Shown piece by piece: positions 18,651 through 28,163 of a stretch of DNA of 64,000 nucleotides (its first letter is position 1; every line of letters starts with the position of its first letter). The notes under the pieces are model-generated. The model did not search any database, was not told the origin of the DNA, and saw only the letters and a list, made by a program, of their open reading frames with translations. The position numbers were made by a program, and so were the translations under genes. The stretch is from NCBI GenBank assembly GCA_027459325.1, contig DAIDIO010000002.1:1951-65950 (forward strand), given 5' to 3'. This DNA comes from Candidatus Saccharimonadota bacterium (GTDB lineage: Bacteria; Patescibacteriota; Saccharimonadia; Saccharimonadales; UBA4665).

Positions 18651-19691
18651 ATGAATTCACTTAACATTTTTATCAGTGCGCATAATTTATCGAGAATTCT
18701 TTTACTGGGATTTGCTGGCTTTGTGGTAAGTATGCTGATCACTCCGCTCTATACCACTCTTGCCTATAAGCACCAGTGGTGGAAACGCCAAAGAACTGAT
18801 GCTTGGTCGGGAGGTAAAGCTACGGTTTATGCTAAATTACATGCCGATAAGCATAAACGAAACATCCCGACAATGGCTGGTTTGATTTTTATTCTATCAA
18901 CGGTATTGGTCACCATCTTTGCTAACTTAAAAAGAAATCAGACGTGGTTACCGCTGGCTGGACTGTTTGCCGCCGGGTTGGTAGGCTTGACAGACGACGC
19001 TATGAATATTCGTAGTAGCGGCAAGGGCATTGCGGGCATGAGCGCCAAGCTCAAATTCTTATTGTATAGCATCGTAGTATTGATTGGTGGCTGGTGGTTT
19101 TACAGCAAACTCGGTGTGAATTATGTTCATTTACCTTGGGTTAATAACTGGCATGTCGGCATATTTATAATCGTCATATTTTGGTTGGTTGTCATAGCTA
19201 CCGCTATATCTGTTAATTTCACAGACGGATTAGATGGTTTAGCTGGTGGATTACTGGCCTCGTCTTTTATGACCTATGCCGTTATTTGCGTCATGGAGCA
19301 CAAGTTTGCCTTAGCAGGCTTCTGTCTGACAGTAGTCGGCGGCTTACTGAGTTATACCTGGTTTAACATTTATCCGGCCCGATTTTTTATGGGTGATGCT
19401 GGTGCATTTGCGCTTGGCACGGCTCTCGGTATTATTGCGCTTCAAACTAATACAGTATATGTATTACCGTTTTTAGGGGGTGTCTATGTAATTGAAACCG
19501 GTTCAGTCATTATTAACCGTTTGTCTAGGAAGTTTAGGCATGGAAAAAAAGTATTTTTATCCAGTCCAATTCATCATCACTTTGAAGCCATAGGCTGGCC
19601 GGAGACAAAGGTGACGATGCGCTTTTGGATACTTGGGCAAGTAGCGAGCGTGCTAGGGCTTATTATCTTTTTGCTTGGGCGAAAAGGGTAG
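18651..19691 (+). CDS. mraY: phospho-N-acetylmuramoyl-pentapeptide transferase
   Basis: Polytopic membrane protein with NFTDGLDGLA and MGDAGAFALG motifs. Confidence 0.92.
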   Translation: MNSLNIFISAHNLSRILLLGFAGFVVSMLITPLYTTLAYKHQWWKRQRTDAWSGGKATVYAKLHADKHKRNIPTMAGLIFILSTVLVTIFANLKRNQTWLPLAGLFAAGLVGLTDDAMNIRSSGKGIAGMSAKLKFLLYSIVVLIGGWWFYSKLGVNYVHLPWVNNWHVGIFIIVIFWLVVIATAISVNFTDGLDGLAGGLLASSFMTYAVICVMEHKFALAGFCLTVVGGLLSYTWFNIYPARFFMGDAGAFALGTALGIIALQTNTVYVLPFLGGVYVIETGSVIINRLSRKFRHGKKVFLSSPIHHHFEAIGWPETKVTMRFWILGQVASVLGLIIFLLGRKG

Positions 19692-19702
19692 GGGATTAAG
19701 GG

Positions 19703-20941
19703 ATGAGAACGGCTCAACGGTCGCGGCACCCGCTGGCAGAAACTGAATTGACGCTCGGCCGTAAGCATCGGCCCGACTACTGGTTAATGATATGGGGGCT
19801 GACCCTCATGCTTATCGGGCTGGTAGTCTTATATTCTATTAGCCCGGCTCTGGCGCAGACAAATCATGTTAGTAATAACTATTATTTAATAAAGCAGATA
19901 ATAGCTATTTTTCTGAGTTTTATAGCGTTTTATGCAACTTACAAGATACCATTAAAGTTGTGGCGGACTTATTACAAACCGATTTTAATAATTGCCGGCT
20001 TAGTAACGCTCATTGCACTGGCTATGCCAGTTAACCCAGCCTATCCAGCGCACCGTTGGGTGCGGCTGGGAGGCTTTTCGTTTCAGTCGGTAGAAATAGT
20101 TAAGTTCGCGGGCCTAATTTGGCTGGCTAGCTTTTTAGCTAAACGGATTAAGCAAGGGATGATTACTCAATTCCATAAAACCTTAAAACCCTTGCTCTAT
20201 GTGTTAGGCATTATTGGTGTAGTAATAGTCGGCGTACAAAGTGATTTAGGCTCAGCCGGTGTTATTGCGGCTATGCTGTTCACGATGGCCTATGTGGCTG
20301 GACTACCCTTGAAGCGCATTGGCCTTATAGCACTCATAGGCATTATAGGGCTTATTTTGGCGGTTTCCTCAACGCCTTATCGTCGGCAACGACTGGAAGC
20401 CTTCCTGCACCCTCAGAGCAATTGTCAGGGCAGTGGGTACCAGGCCTGCCAGGCGCTGATAGCTGTTGGTTCAGGAGGCTTTCTTGGACTGGGACTGGGA
20501 AGTAGCGTCCAGGCCTATGGTTATCTGCCGGAAGCAGATAACGACTCGATCTTCGCAATATACGCCGAAAAGTTTGGTTTTATTGGTAGTACTGTATTGC
20601 TTTTGATCTTTGCAGCCTTCTTTACAAGGATAAAGAATATTGCCGAGAGGTTGCCGGACGACTTTTCAAGGCTATTGGTTGTTGGAATTCTGACATGGCT
20701 GAGCGTACAGGCCTTGATAAACATCGGGGCAATGATCGGTTTGCTTCCACTTAAAGGTATTACATTGCCATTTATTAGCTACGGAGGTACTAGTATTGTC
20801 TTCACCACCGCTGCGATAGGTTTAGTTTTCCAAGCCTCTCAGTATACTTCTATGAAGCCAAGAGAGGTGACTGCGGAGCCCGCTTCGTCAAGACGTAGTG
20901 GCGGTTATTCTGGGCGCCGGCTAGGGAGGGCTGACTATTGA
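19703..20941 (+). CDS. ftsW: SEDS-family peptidoglycan polymerase FtsW/RodA
   Basis: About 10 TM helices with EADNDSIFA and LPFISYGGTS motifs. Confidence 0.9.
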   Translation: MRTAQRSRHPLAETELTLGRKHRPDYWLMIWGLTLMLIGLVVLYSISPALAQTNHVSNNYYLIKQIIAIFLSFIAFYATYKIPLKLWRTYYKPILIIAGLVTLIALAMPVNPAYPAHRWVRLGGFSFQSVEIVKFAGLIWLASFLAKRIKQGMITQFHKTLKPLLYVLGIIGVVIVGVQSDLGSAGVIAAMLFTMAYVAGLPLKRIGLIALIGIIGLILAVSSTPYRRQRLEAFLHPQSNCQGSGYQACQALIAVGSGGFLGLGLGSSVQAYGYLPEADNDSIFAIYAEKFGFIGSTVLLLIFAAFFTRIKNIAERLPDDFSRLLVVGILTWLSVQALINIGAMIGLLPLKGITLPFISYGGTSIVFTTAAIGLVFQASQYTSMKPREVTAEPASSRRSGGYSGRRLGRADY

Positions 20942-22107
20942 CTATCATCCTAACCGGGGGCGGTAGCGGCGGGCATATTACGCCACTACTGGCCGTAGCT
21001 CGCGTACTTAAACAACACGATCCTGAAGCACATATTATTTATTTTGGGCAAAAGGGCGATCCATTCGCTAAAATTACCGGGGATAGTGAGCTTTTTGATA
21101 GGATTGTCTTAGTAAGAGCAGGGAAGTTTCGCAGATTTCACGGTGAAGGCATAAAACAGTTTTTTAATATTCCAATAATGCTAAAAAATATCCGGGATTT
21201 ATTCTATGTGCTGTACGGAATTATTGAAAGTACTTGGAAGATTAGAAACTTAAAGGTTCAAGTGGTATTTAGCAGGGGTGGGTATGTTAGTGTGCCGGTA
21301 GCTATTGCGGCTAAAATTAATAGGGTGCCGTATATTACCCATGATTCAGATCCAATACCCAGCCTGGCTAATCGGATTATTGCTCCAGGGGCGGCCAGGC
21401 ATGCCGTGGCCTTGCCAAAGGAAATTTACCCTTACCCGCAGACTCGAACGGTAACTACGGGTATTCCGCTCAATCATCATTTCGTGCCGGTTACTGAGGA
21501 GCTTAGGAGCAGGTACAGAAAAGATATAGGGCTACCACAAACCTCTAAAATGCTTTTCGTTATTGGCGGTGGATTAGGCTCGCAAACCCTTAATAACGCC
21601 ATAGTTGAAGCGGCTTCCGAATTAATGAAAGAGTTTGACGATTTATACATTTACCATATAGCTGGACAAACTAACGAGATGGACCTGAAAAAGCAGTATG
21701 AGGACGTACTAGATCTGAGTGGGCAGGGAAGAGTAAAAGTTTATGGTTTTGTAAGTGATGTCTATAAATACAGCGGTGCGGCCGATGTTATTGTTAGTCG
21801 GGCAGGGGCCACTAATTTAGCCGAATTTGCTATACAGGGAAAACCAGTAATTATTGTGCCTAGTCCATTTTTAACCGGCGGTCATCAAGTAAAAAACGCT
21901 GAATATCTTAGTGACAAGCAGGCGGCAGTTATGGTTAGCGAAAGCAATCTCGACAGTTTAGGTTCAAGAGTTGCAGAATTGTTAAACAATAAAAAAGAAC
22001 AGAATATATTGGGCCAAAATCTTAGCAAGCTTGGCATAAATGATGCCTCAGAAAAAATTGCCGACTTAATATTAGAGGTGGGTAACAATGATAAAAAGAA
22101 GAGCTAA
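20938..22107 (+). CDS. murG: UDP-GlcNAc:lipid I N-acetylglucosaminyltransferase
   Basis: GGGSGGHITP loop and GT28 layout. The start overlaps the ftsW stop. Confidence 0.9.
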   Translation: MTIILTGGGSGGHITPLLAVARVLKQHDPEAHIIYFGQKGDPFAKITGDSELFDRIVLVRAGKFRRFHGEGIKQFFNIPIMLKNIRDLFYVLYGIIESTWKIRNLKVQVVFSRGGYVSVPVAIAAKINRVPYITHDSDPIPSLANRIIAPGAARHAVALPKEIYPYPQTRTVTTGIPLNHHFVPVTEELRSRYRKDIGLPQTSKMLFVIGGGLGSQTLNNAIVEAASELMKEFDDLYIYHIAGQTNEMDLKKQYEDVLDLSGQGRVKVYGFVSDVYKYSGAADVIVSRAGATNLAEFAIQGKPVIIVPSPFLTGGHQVKNAEYLSDKQAAVMVSESNLDSLGSRVAELLNNKKEQNILGQNLSKLGINDASEKIADLILEVGNNDKKKS

Positions 22108-23014
22108 AAAGTTAGTAAAAACAGGTCGTCAGAGACCGCTTCCAGAGGCTAAAGCTTCTAGTCCGTCACCGTATTCTTATAGTTCCAGGCGCTCAGAAGA
22201 CGCTGTTAATGTCGGCCGCGGGGAGACGCCAAAGCAGAAAATTACCAGGAATGCCACTAGCGGAAAGCGCAAAGCGGTATTAATTATATCTCTCATAATC
22301 TTAGCTTTAATAGCTATCAAGCTTTTAAGTTTGTCCAGTACACCTGTGATAAAGATAGCTGGATCAACCAGCAATAATGCACTTATAAATAAAAACTCTG
22401 CAAGTGTTTATGCCAACGCGGCGAGTAAGTATTTAAGTGGCTCAATACTTAATAGCAATAAAATAACACTGGACTCTGAAGGTCTAGTAAGCTATTTAAG
22501 TAACAAATTTCCCGAGCTGAGTAGTGTAAGAGTTAGCCTGCCTTTCCTAGCTAATCAGCTTTTGGTCTATGTAATCCCCAGCCAGCCGGCAATTATTCTA
22601 ATAGAATCGTCGTCTTCTTATGCAATAGATCAAACCGGTCGGGCCATATTAAGCGCCAGTAGTCCTCAGGCTTTAGGGTTAAGCTTGCCGGTCGTCACAG
22701 ACCACAGTGGCCTAAATGTAGCGCTTGGAAAAAAAGCTATTACCAGTAATGATGTTTACTTTATTGAGGAAGTAGTCGGGCAGCTGCAGGTTAAAGGCTT
22801 TAAAGCAACCAATATGAGCTTACCGGCCAACAGCGACGAGCTCGATGTTGGGGTAGTAGGGCAGCCCTTCTATATTAAGTTTAATCTTTATAATAACGAT
22901 CCGCGGCAGCAAGCAGGGACTTTCCTGGCAGTGATCAATAAACTTAAGTCAGAGAATATTACACCGTCAAAGTATGTAGACGTCAGGGTCGACGGACGGG
23001 CGTATTACCAGTAG
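22088..23014 (+). CDS. ftsQ: FtsQ/DivIB-like cell division protein
   Basis: Basic N-terminus, one TM helix and a POTRA-like extracytoplasmic domain. It is the last gene of the dcw cluster. Confidence 0.55.
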   Translation: MIKRRAKKLVKTGRQRPLPEAKASSPSPYSYSSRRSEDAVNVGRGETPKQKITRNATSGKRKAVLIISLIILALIAIKLLSLSSTPVIKIAGSTSNNALINKNSASVYANAASKYLSGSILNSNKITLDSEGLVSYLSNKFPELSSVRVSLPFLANQLLVYVIPSQPAIILIESSSSYAIDQTGRAILSASSPQALGLSLPVVTDHSGLNVALGKKAITSNDVYFIEEVVGQLQVKGFKATNMSLPANSDELDVGVVGQPFYIKFNLYNNDPRQQAGTFLAVINKLKSENITPSKYVDVRVDGRAYYQ

Positions 23015-23037
23015 TTCCCCTATTCTCCTCCGCTCTA

Positions 23038-23056
23038 GTTCGCTTTTTGTTTAGTT
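23038..23056 (+). repeat. direct repeat copy 1 (GTTCGCTTTTTGTTTAGTT)
   Basis: Matches 23597-23615 at 18 of 19 positions. The two copies bracket a non-coding AT-rich gap. Confidence 0.7.
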
Positions 23057-23596
23057 ACTAGTAATAACTCTATTCACAAAAAAATATATATAAATCAAGC
23101 AAAGTAGGGCAAAGTCAAATTTTATCAAAAATATAGAAAAGTGGGGGATATGTATTAAATCTCACATAATGCTAAAAAAGCAATACTTTCACGACATAGC
23201 TGTGGAAAAGTCAAATTGTGTAATCTGGCTTATTTAAGACACTAGGCAGTAATGAGCCTGAGCTGATATAAGGGGCTATAGGTCGGTTATAGAAGTGTTA
23301 GTAATGGCATTGATGATAGATATTTCAAAAGAAATGCAGAATTACAGAAATAGTCCCCTGCAGAAGGGGTATCAGTTTACCACCTGTATAATAAAATGCC
23401 GTGTCGCAAAATATACATTGGACGACATTATGTCTGCATACCGATCTTTGCATATATACCTACCCCACTGCCAGTATTTTTCTATAAATCCATTGCGTTT
23501 TCTTGTTTAATAAAAAATCCCCTATTCATAATCAAGTGGTTCTAGCGGTTATAAGTCTGCCGGCTTATGTTGCCTGCTTTTGTCTAGCTTGCCTAT

Positions 23597-23615
23597 GTTC
23601 GCTTTTTGTATAGTT
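23597..23615 (+). repeat. direct repeat copy 2 (GTTCGCTTTTTGTATAGTT)
   Basis: Matches 23038-23056 at 18 of 19 positions. Confidence 0.7.
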
Positions 23616-23651
23616 GACCATACTAAGTGTTCGTAAAATGTTTTTTAATAG

Positions 23652-24221
23652 CTAGTTTAAAAATCGCGGTTCAATATCAACAAAAACAACCGCATTTTTA
23701 CCAGGGGTAGTATCAGGGGTGGATAATTTGGACAAATCAACAACGAATTGTTGTGGTCCGATATCTCTTAATTTATATGGACGTTCGGCCTGGATATAAT
23801 CTGTGCTATGAAAAATAAGATCTGAATACAGGTGTTCTTTTTCGTTAACTTGACGGTGGCTTCTGACAACTTCTACCTCTGCAGCTAATACATGGTTTTC
23901 CGGCGCCCCTAATCTCTCGCATAAACGGATTTGAGAAGATAAACCACTAATCCTAGTCCACGGCAACCGATAAAGACCTAATTCATGTTTAACTAACCTG
24001 GAGCCTGTATACATCGCAATTGCTCGAAATTCATCCTCCGCTCTTTCAATCAGTATCGGCAATGATAGACGTTCTGAAAGAGGCGGTTCTATCCGAAGTA
24101 GTCTTAGAAAGTTATCGCGCCCTTCTTCAGCGGCTTTTCTAAACTCGGCTTTTGTTCTTAAAAGCTGCTGTTCTTGAGTGAAGACTTTTTCTATGCCCTT
24201 ATATCTTGTCTGGGAAAGCAT
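23652..24221 (-). CDS. hypothetical protein
   Basis: 189 aa, lying 4 nt downstream of the sigma-r4/HARE-HTH gene. No motif recognised. Confidence 0.45.
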   Translation of the reverse strand: MLSQTRYKGIEKVFTQEQQLLRTKAEFRKAAEEGRDNFLRLLRIEPPLSERLSLPILIERAEDEFRAIAMYTGSRLVKHELGLYRLPWTRISGLSSQIRLCERLGAPENHVLAAEVEVVRSHRQVNEKEHLYSDLIFHSTDYIQAERPYKLRDIGPQQFVVDLSKLSTPDTTPGKNAVVFVDIEPRFLN

Positions 24222-24225
24222 TTAT

Positions 24226-25272
24226 CTATTCTTCAGAAAGTGCGTAAGTGGCTTTAGCTACCCGTTTGAACTGCGGTTTACCTTGAAGGTTAAGAAGGAT
24301 GGTAGTTTCTTTTACAAATCTACTCTTTAGTACTCTTTTTACTATTTCGTCACGATGTAGGGGCTCGCCGGCTTCTCTAAGAACTTCAGAAATAATGTCG
24401 GCTACTGTTCCCTTTTCATATCCCCATTCTTTTAGTGCGTAGATTCCTCTACCGATCAGGACGAATCTCTTGTCTTTAATAAGTTCGTTATGGATTGCCT
24501 GGGTGGTTACATCCTTGCGCTTAAAGTCGCTTTCTTTAATAGCGGCAGCGATTTCATTAAAGTGCATGTGTTTACCATTCTCGCTTAAGATAACGTATAT
24601 CTTGTCACGAATGTTCTTTGGGTTAACCATTGGCCATTTAACCAGTCCCCAGCGGTTGTTAAGGGTTGCTAGCTGCTTAGAAGTGCTGGCAAGTGCCTCG
24701 GCCTGTTTAGGGTCAGTCAAGCCGGCAATTTTGGCTATTTCGCTGATGGTATTAGGTTCGCCTAAAGTCTTTATTGTGCTAATAATTTTCTCAACATTAC
24801 TCTTAAGGGTTTTCTCGTCGAACGAAGCCTTAATGGCTACGCTGTTATAGTAGTTGTCGTCTTCAGCGATAACACTCAGAGAGGGGCATAACTGGGCTAA
24901 AAAGGCTACTCGAGACTGCTCTTCCCTGCCTGGATCAGTAGTTATTTCGCTAGTGATCAGACTAACCCGAGCAACTTGTCCATGGCCTTGTAAGATCTCA
25001 ATCAGCTTAGCTTCAAAAGTAGCCAGCTCCGGGTTGCTGGCGCCCTGGTCCGGCATGGAACGAAGTTTTGTCACTACTGATTTTTCCAGCTGTCTGACTC
25101 GTTCCCTGGTAATACCTAAGGTTTCGCCAATCTGCTCAAGAGTTTCCTTTCTCTCGAACAGGCCGAATCGGCGGGCAACAATTTCCCGTTCCCTTTCCCG
25201 GTCAATTGTGCCTAAAACTGAAGTAACTAATTCCTCCGTAGAGCTGGTCAAAACTGGCTTAGCTTGGGTCAT
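24226..25272 (-). CDS. sigma-70 region-4 HTH plus HARE-HTH domain protein
   Basis: Contains RRFGL...TLEQIGETLGITRERVRQLE (sigma region 4) and a C-terminal MHFNEIAAAI...GRGIYALKEW (HARE-HTH, as in the RNAP delta subunit). Confidence 0.6.
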   Translation of the reverse strand: MTQAKPVLTSSTEELVTSVLGTIDREREREIVARRFGLFERKETLEQIGETLGITRERVRQLEKSVVTKLRSMPDQGASNPELATFEAKLIEILQGHGQVARVSLITSEITTDPGREEQSRVAFLAQLCPSLSVIAEDDNYYNSVAIKASFDEKTLKSNVEKIISTIKTLGEPNTISEIAKIAGLTDPKQAEALASTSKQLATLNNRWGLVKWPMVNPKNIRDKIYVILSENGKHMHFNEIAAAIKESDFKRKDVTTQAIHNELIKDKRFVLIGRGIYALKEWGYEKGTVADIISEVLREAGEPLHRDEIVKRVLKSRFVKETTILLNLQGKPQFKRVAKATYALSEE

Positions 25273-25483
25273 ATTTTAATTAAATTCCTATATAAAGAGT
25301 TTCTTATATATTTATTATAAAACTATAACGTTTCAAAGTCAACACGTTTACCCTCTTTATTAGGCTTATTGTAGCACAATACTGACAATTCCGCATACTA
25401 GATGCCTAAGAATATTACTTGTCCACAGGGTTTACAGGCTGGCAAACAACTTTCAACTAGCACTGATTAGTATTTAAGCTCTA

Positions 25484-27781
25484 CTATTTAGTAGATTTAC
25501 GGGTTTTTCGTTTAAAGCGGGACTTTTTAGCAGGCGCTTTATCCAGTAGTTCCTTGGCCTGCTGCTCTGTTATATTACTGGGTTCAACATCTTTCGCTAT
25601 TCTTGCATTTTTTTTGCCGTCGGTTACGTATGGTCCGTAAGGACCGTTTAAGATTTTTATGCCGCTACTGAATTCTTTTATATTCTTGGCTGCCTCTTTA
25701 TCCAGTTTTTCTTCATATAATTTTCTGGCTTCGTCTTCAGTTATAGTATGTGGATCGAGCGGTTTTATAGAGACGTATAGCTTGCCGACTTGAATATATG
25801 GACCGAATCTACCGATGTTAGCTTTAATGTCCTCACCCCCTGTTGTTTTCCCTACTAGTCTGGGCAGTTTAAACATTTCCAGGGCTTGTTCTAGCGTAAC
25901 GGTATCAAGTGTAGTCCCAGCGGGCATTGGTGCAAAAATAGGCTTTTTTTCAGTATCTTCGGTGTCGCCTTTAAGTAACATCGGGCCATAACGACCAAAT
26001 CGGGCATAAATAATCTGTCCATCACTGGGGTCAACTCCTAATTCGCGGGCTTGAGACACTTCATTACGGGATATGTCTGCCGAGCTTTCAACGAGGGGAT
26101 GGAAGTCTTTATAGAAGTTGGCGATCATTTGGTTCCAGACTTCTTTGCCTTCAGCAATGTTATCGAATTCTTGCTCGGCTTTAGCGGTAAAAGCATAATC
26201 GACAATGGCCGGGAAATACTTAACCAAGAAGTCAGTTACTACTTCGGCTACCCCAGTTGGAAGCAGTTTGGCTTTATCGGCGCCGGTAGTTACTAGCGAT
26301 TTCGTCTCGGTGATTTCTTTATTTTTAAGAAGGAGTTCATTAACTTCCCGTTCGCTACCAACTACATCGGTTTTTTCAACATAACCCCTACTTTGAATGG
26401 TTGAGATGGTCGGTGCGTAAGTACTTGGTCTGCCGATGCCTAATTCTTCGAGTTTGCGGACCAGGCTGGCTTCGGAGTATCTGGCCGGCGGTCGAGAAAA
26501 GCTTTCAGTTGCCCTAATTTCTTTTGCTAGTAGCTGCTGGTTAGGCCTAAGACTAGGCAAAATAACGTCGTCTTTGCTGCCGCCGTAAACTTTCATGAAG
26601 CCATCAAAGCGTAGTACTTCTCCTTTGGCTATGAAGTTTTCCTTTTGATTACTAATGGCTATAAGTACTTCAGTGCGTTCTAGCTCGGCGGGGCTCATTT
26701 GACTGGCCACTGCACGGCGCCAAATAAGGCCGTAGAGCCGTTTTTGAGCTTCATCAGCGCCAGCTACCTGGCGGGCGACATTTGTCGGTCTAATCGCCTC
26801 GTGAGCCTCTTGGGCGCTCTGGTTCTTAGTCTTGTATTGCCGGTATTTATAGTATTTCTGGCCGTATTCTGAAACTATATGCTGTTTTATGCTGTCAGTG
26901 GCTTGTTTGGATAAGATAGTGCTATCGGTACGCATGTAAGTTATATGCCCTGCTTCGTATAAGCGCTGTGCCAGAGTCATTGTTTGACGAACACTGTAAC
27001 CTAACCGACGACTGGCCTCTTGTTGCAGGGTGCTGGTTGTGAATGGTGCGCTTGGGCTGCGCATACCGGGATTAGTTTTAATGTCGCTTATGGTGAAACG
27101 GGCAGCTTTGACTTTATCTAGCCATTCATGGGCGTGAGTGATATTGTCTAGTTTTTCAGATAATTCAGCAGGTAGCTCGGTGCCGTCAGCATCGAAGATG
27201 GCGGTAACCTTATAGCTGCTTTCGGTAGCAAACTCTTTGATTTCCCTTTCCCGCTCAACAATCAGGCGAACGGCAACCGATTGAACGCGTCCAGCTGACA
27301 GTCCGCCCTTGACCTTCTTCCATAATACCGGTGACAATTCGTAACCTACCAGCCGGTCGAGCACTCGCCTGGCCTGTTGAGCTTCTACCAGTTTAATGTC
27401 AACGTTTCGGGGGTTTTTTATAGCCTCTTCGATGGCTGGCTTGGTAATTTCGTGAAAAACGATTCTTTTAGTTGTTTTAGGATCGAGTGACAGAGCCTGG
27501 GTTAAATGCCAGGCAATAGCCTCGCCTTCACGGTCTTCATCGCTGGCTAACCAGACATCTTTGTTTTTAGCTGCAGATTTTAGCTCACTAACGACTTTCT
27601 TTTTATCCGGACTGATTTCATATTTCGGTTCAAATCCATGGTCAATGTCTATACTCAGTCCTTTTTTAGGTAAATCTCTAATATGGCCAAAGCTACTCAT
27701 TACCGAGTAGTCTTTACCAAGAAAGTTCTCGATGGTTTTGGCTTTAGCCGGGCTTTCAACTATTACTAAATTTTTTGCCAT
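25484..27781 (-). CDS. topA: DNA topoisomerase I
   Basis: TOPRIM domain (LVIVESPAKAKTI) and active-site YMRTDS. The C-terminus carries RFGPY-type repeats with no Cys4 zinc ribbons. Confidence 0.95.
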   Translation of the reverse strand: MAKNLVIVESPAKAKTIENFLGKDYSVMSSFGHIRDLPKKGLSIDIDHGFEPKYEISPDKKKVVSELKSAAKNKDVWLASDEDREGEAIAWHLTQALSLDPKTTKRIVFHEITKPAIEEAIKNPRNVDIKLVEAQQARRVLDRLVGYELSPVLWKKVKGGLSAGRVQSVAVRLIVEREREIKEFATESSYKVTAIFDADGTELPAELSEKLDNITHAHEWLDKVKAARFTISDIKTNPGMRSPSAPFTTSTLQQEASRRLGYSVRQTMTLAQRLYEAGHITYMRTDSTILSKQATDSIKQHIVSEYGQKYYKYRQYKTKNQSAQEAHEAIRPTNVARQVAGADEAQKRLYGLIWRRAVASQMSPAELERTEVLIAISNQKENFIAKGEVLRFDGFMKVYGGSKDDVILPSLRPNQQLLAKEIRATESFSRPPARYSEASLVRKLEELGIGRPSTYAPTISTIQSRGYVEKTDVVGSEREVNELLLKNKEITETKSLVTTGADKAKLLPTGVAEVVTDFLVKYFPAIVDYAFTAKAEQEFDNIAEGKEVWNQMIANFYKDFHPLVESSADISRNEVSQARELGVDPSDGQIIYARFGRYGPMLLKGDTEDTEKKPIFAPMPAGTTLDTVTLEQALEMFKLPRLVGKTTGGEDIKANIGRFGPYIQVGKLYVSIKPLDPHTITEDEARKLYEEKLDKEAAKNIKEFSSGIKILNGPYGPYVTDGKKNARIAKDVEPSNITEQQAKELLDKAPAKKSRFKRKTRKSTK

Positions 27782-27846
27782 AGTCAGTCATCCATATAAA
27801 CTTAAAAGTATAATAAATGCAACTAAAATATCTATCGGTTTGAAGT

Positions 27847-28029
27847 TTAGATATTGATATAGTCGTCGATTCTTTTGTAGATCCAAATACCCAAAGGTAT
27901 ACCAAGCAAACCAAAAACTATGCTGAGGACGCCAAGTTCTTTACCATGATCAAGCGCTGCCCCGATATAACTGGTAATAGTACTGACTATCAGAACTAGG
28001 CCGCTCTTTACTAATCTTTGCATATTCAT
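27847..28029 (-). CDS. small two-TM membrane protein
   Basis: 60 aa with two hydrophobic helices. Confidence 0.35.
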   Translation of the reverse strand: MNMQRLVKSGLVLIVSTITSYIGAALDHGKELGVLSIVFGLLGIPLGIWIYKRIDDYINI

Positions 28030-28128
28030 GAGCTAGAACTAGTCTAGCATGAGCATTAGCTTTTATGCACCTTAATCTGTAATAAAAACATAAGCTTCTT
28101 GATAATTATTAAAATACATTATAAAGTA

Positions 28129-28157
28129 TTGACTTTAGAACATGAATTTGCTAGAAT
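28129..28157 (+). promoter_or_regulatory. near-consensus sigma70-type promoter
   Basis: TTGACT (28129-28134), a 17-nt spacer, then TAGAAT (28152-28157). There is no plus-strand CDS downstream. Confidence 0.55.
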
Positions 28158-28163
28158 AGCAAC

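Noticed and set aside
23295-23510. 71-aa ORF in the long AT-rich gap after ftsQ.
   Set aside because: It has a non-ATG start, no SD and an odd composition. It is not supported as a gene and is kept only as part of the gap finding.
24470-25279. Two long plus-strand ORFs (126 and 141 aa) antisense to the sigma-r4/HARE-HTH gene.
   Set aside because: These are mirror-frame ORFs with Ser/Leu-rich low-complexity translations and no start context. The minus-strand gene has recognisable domains.
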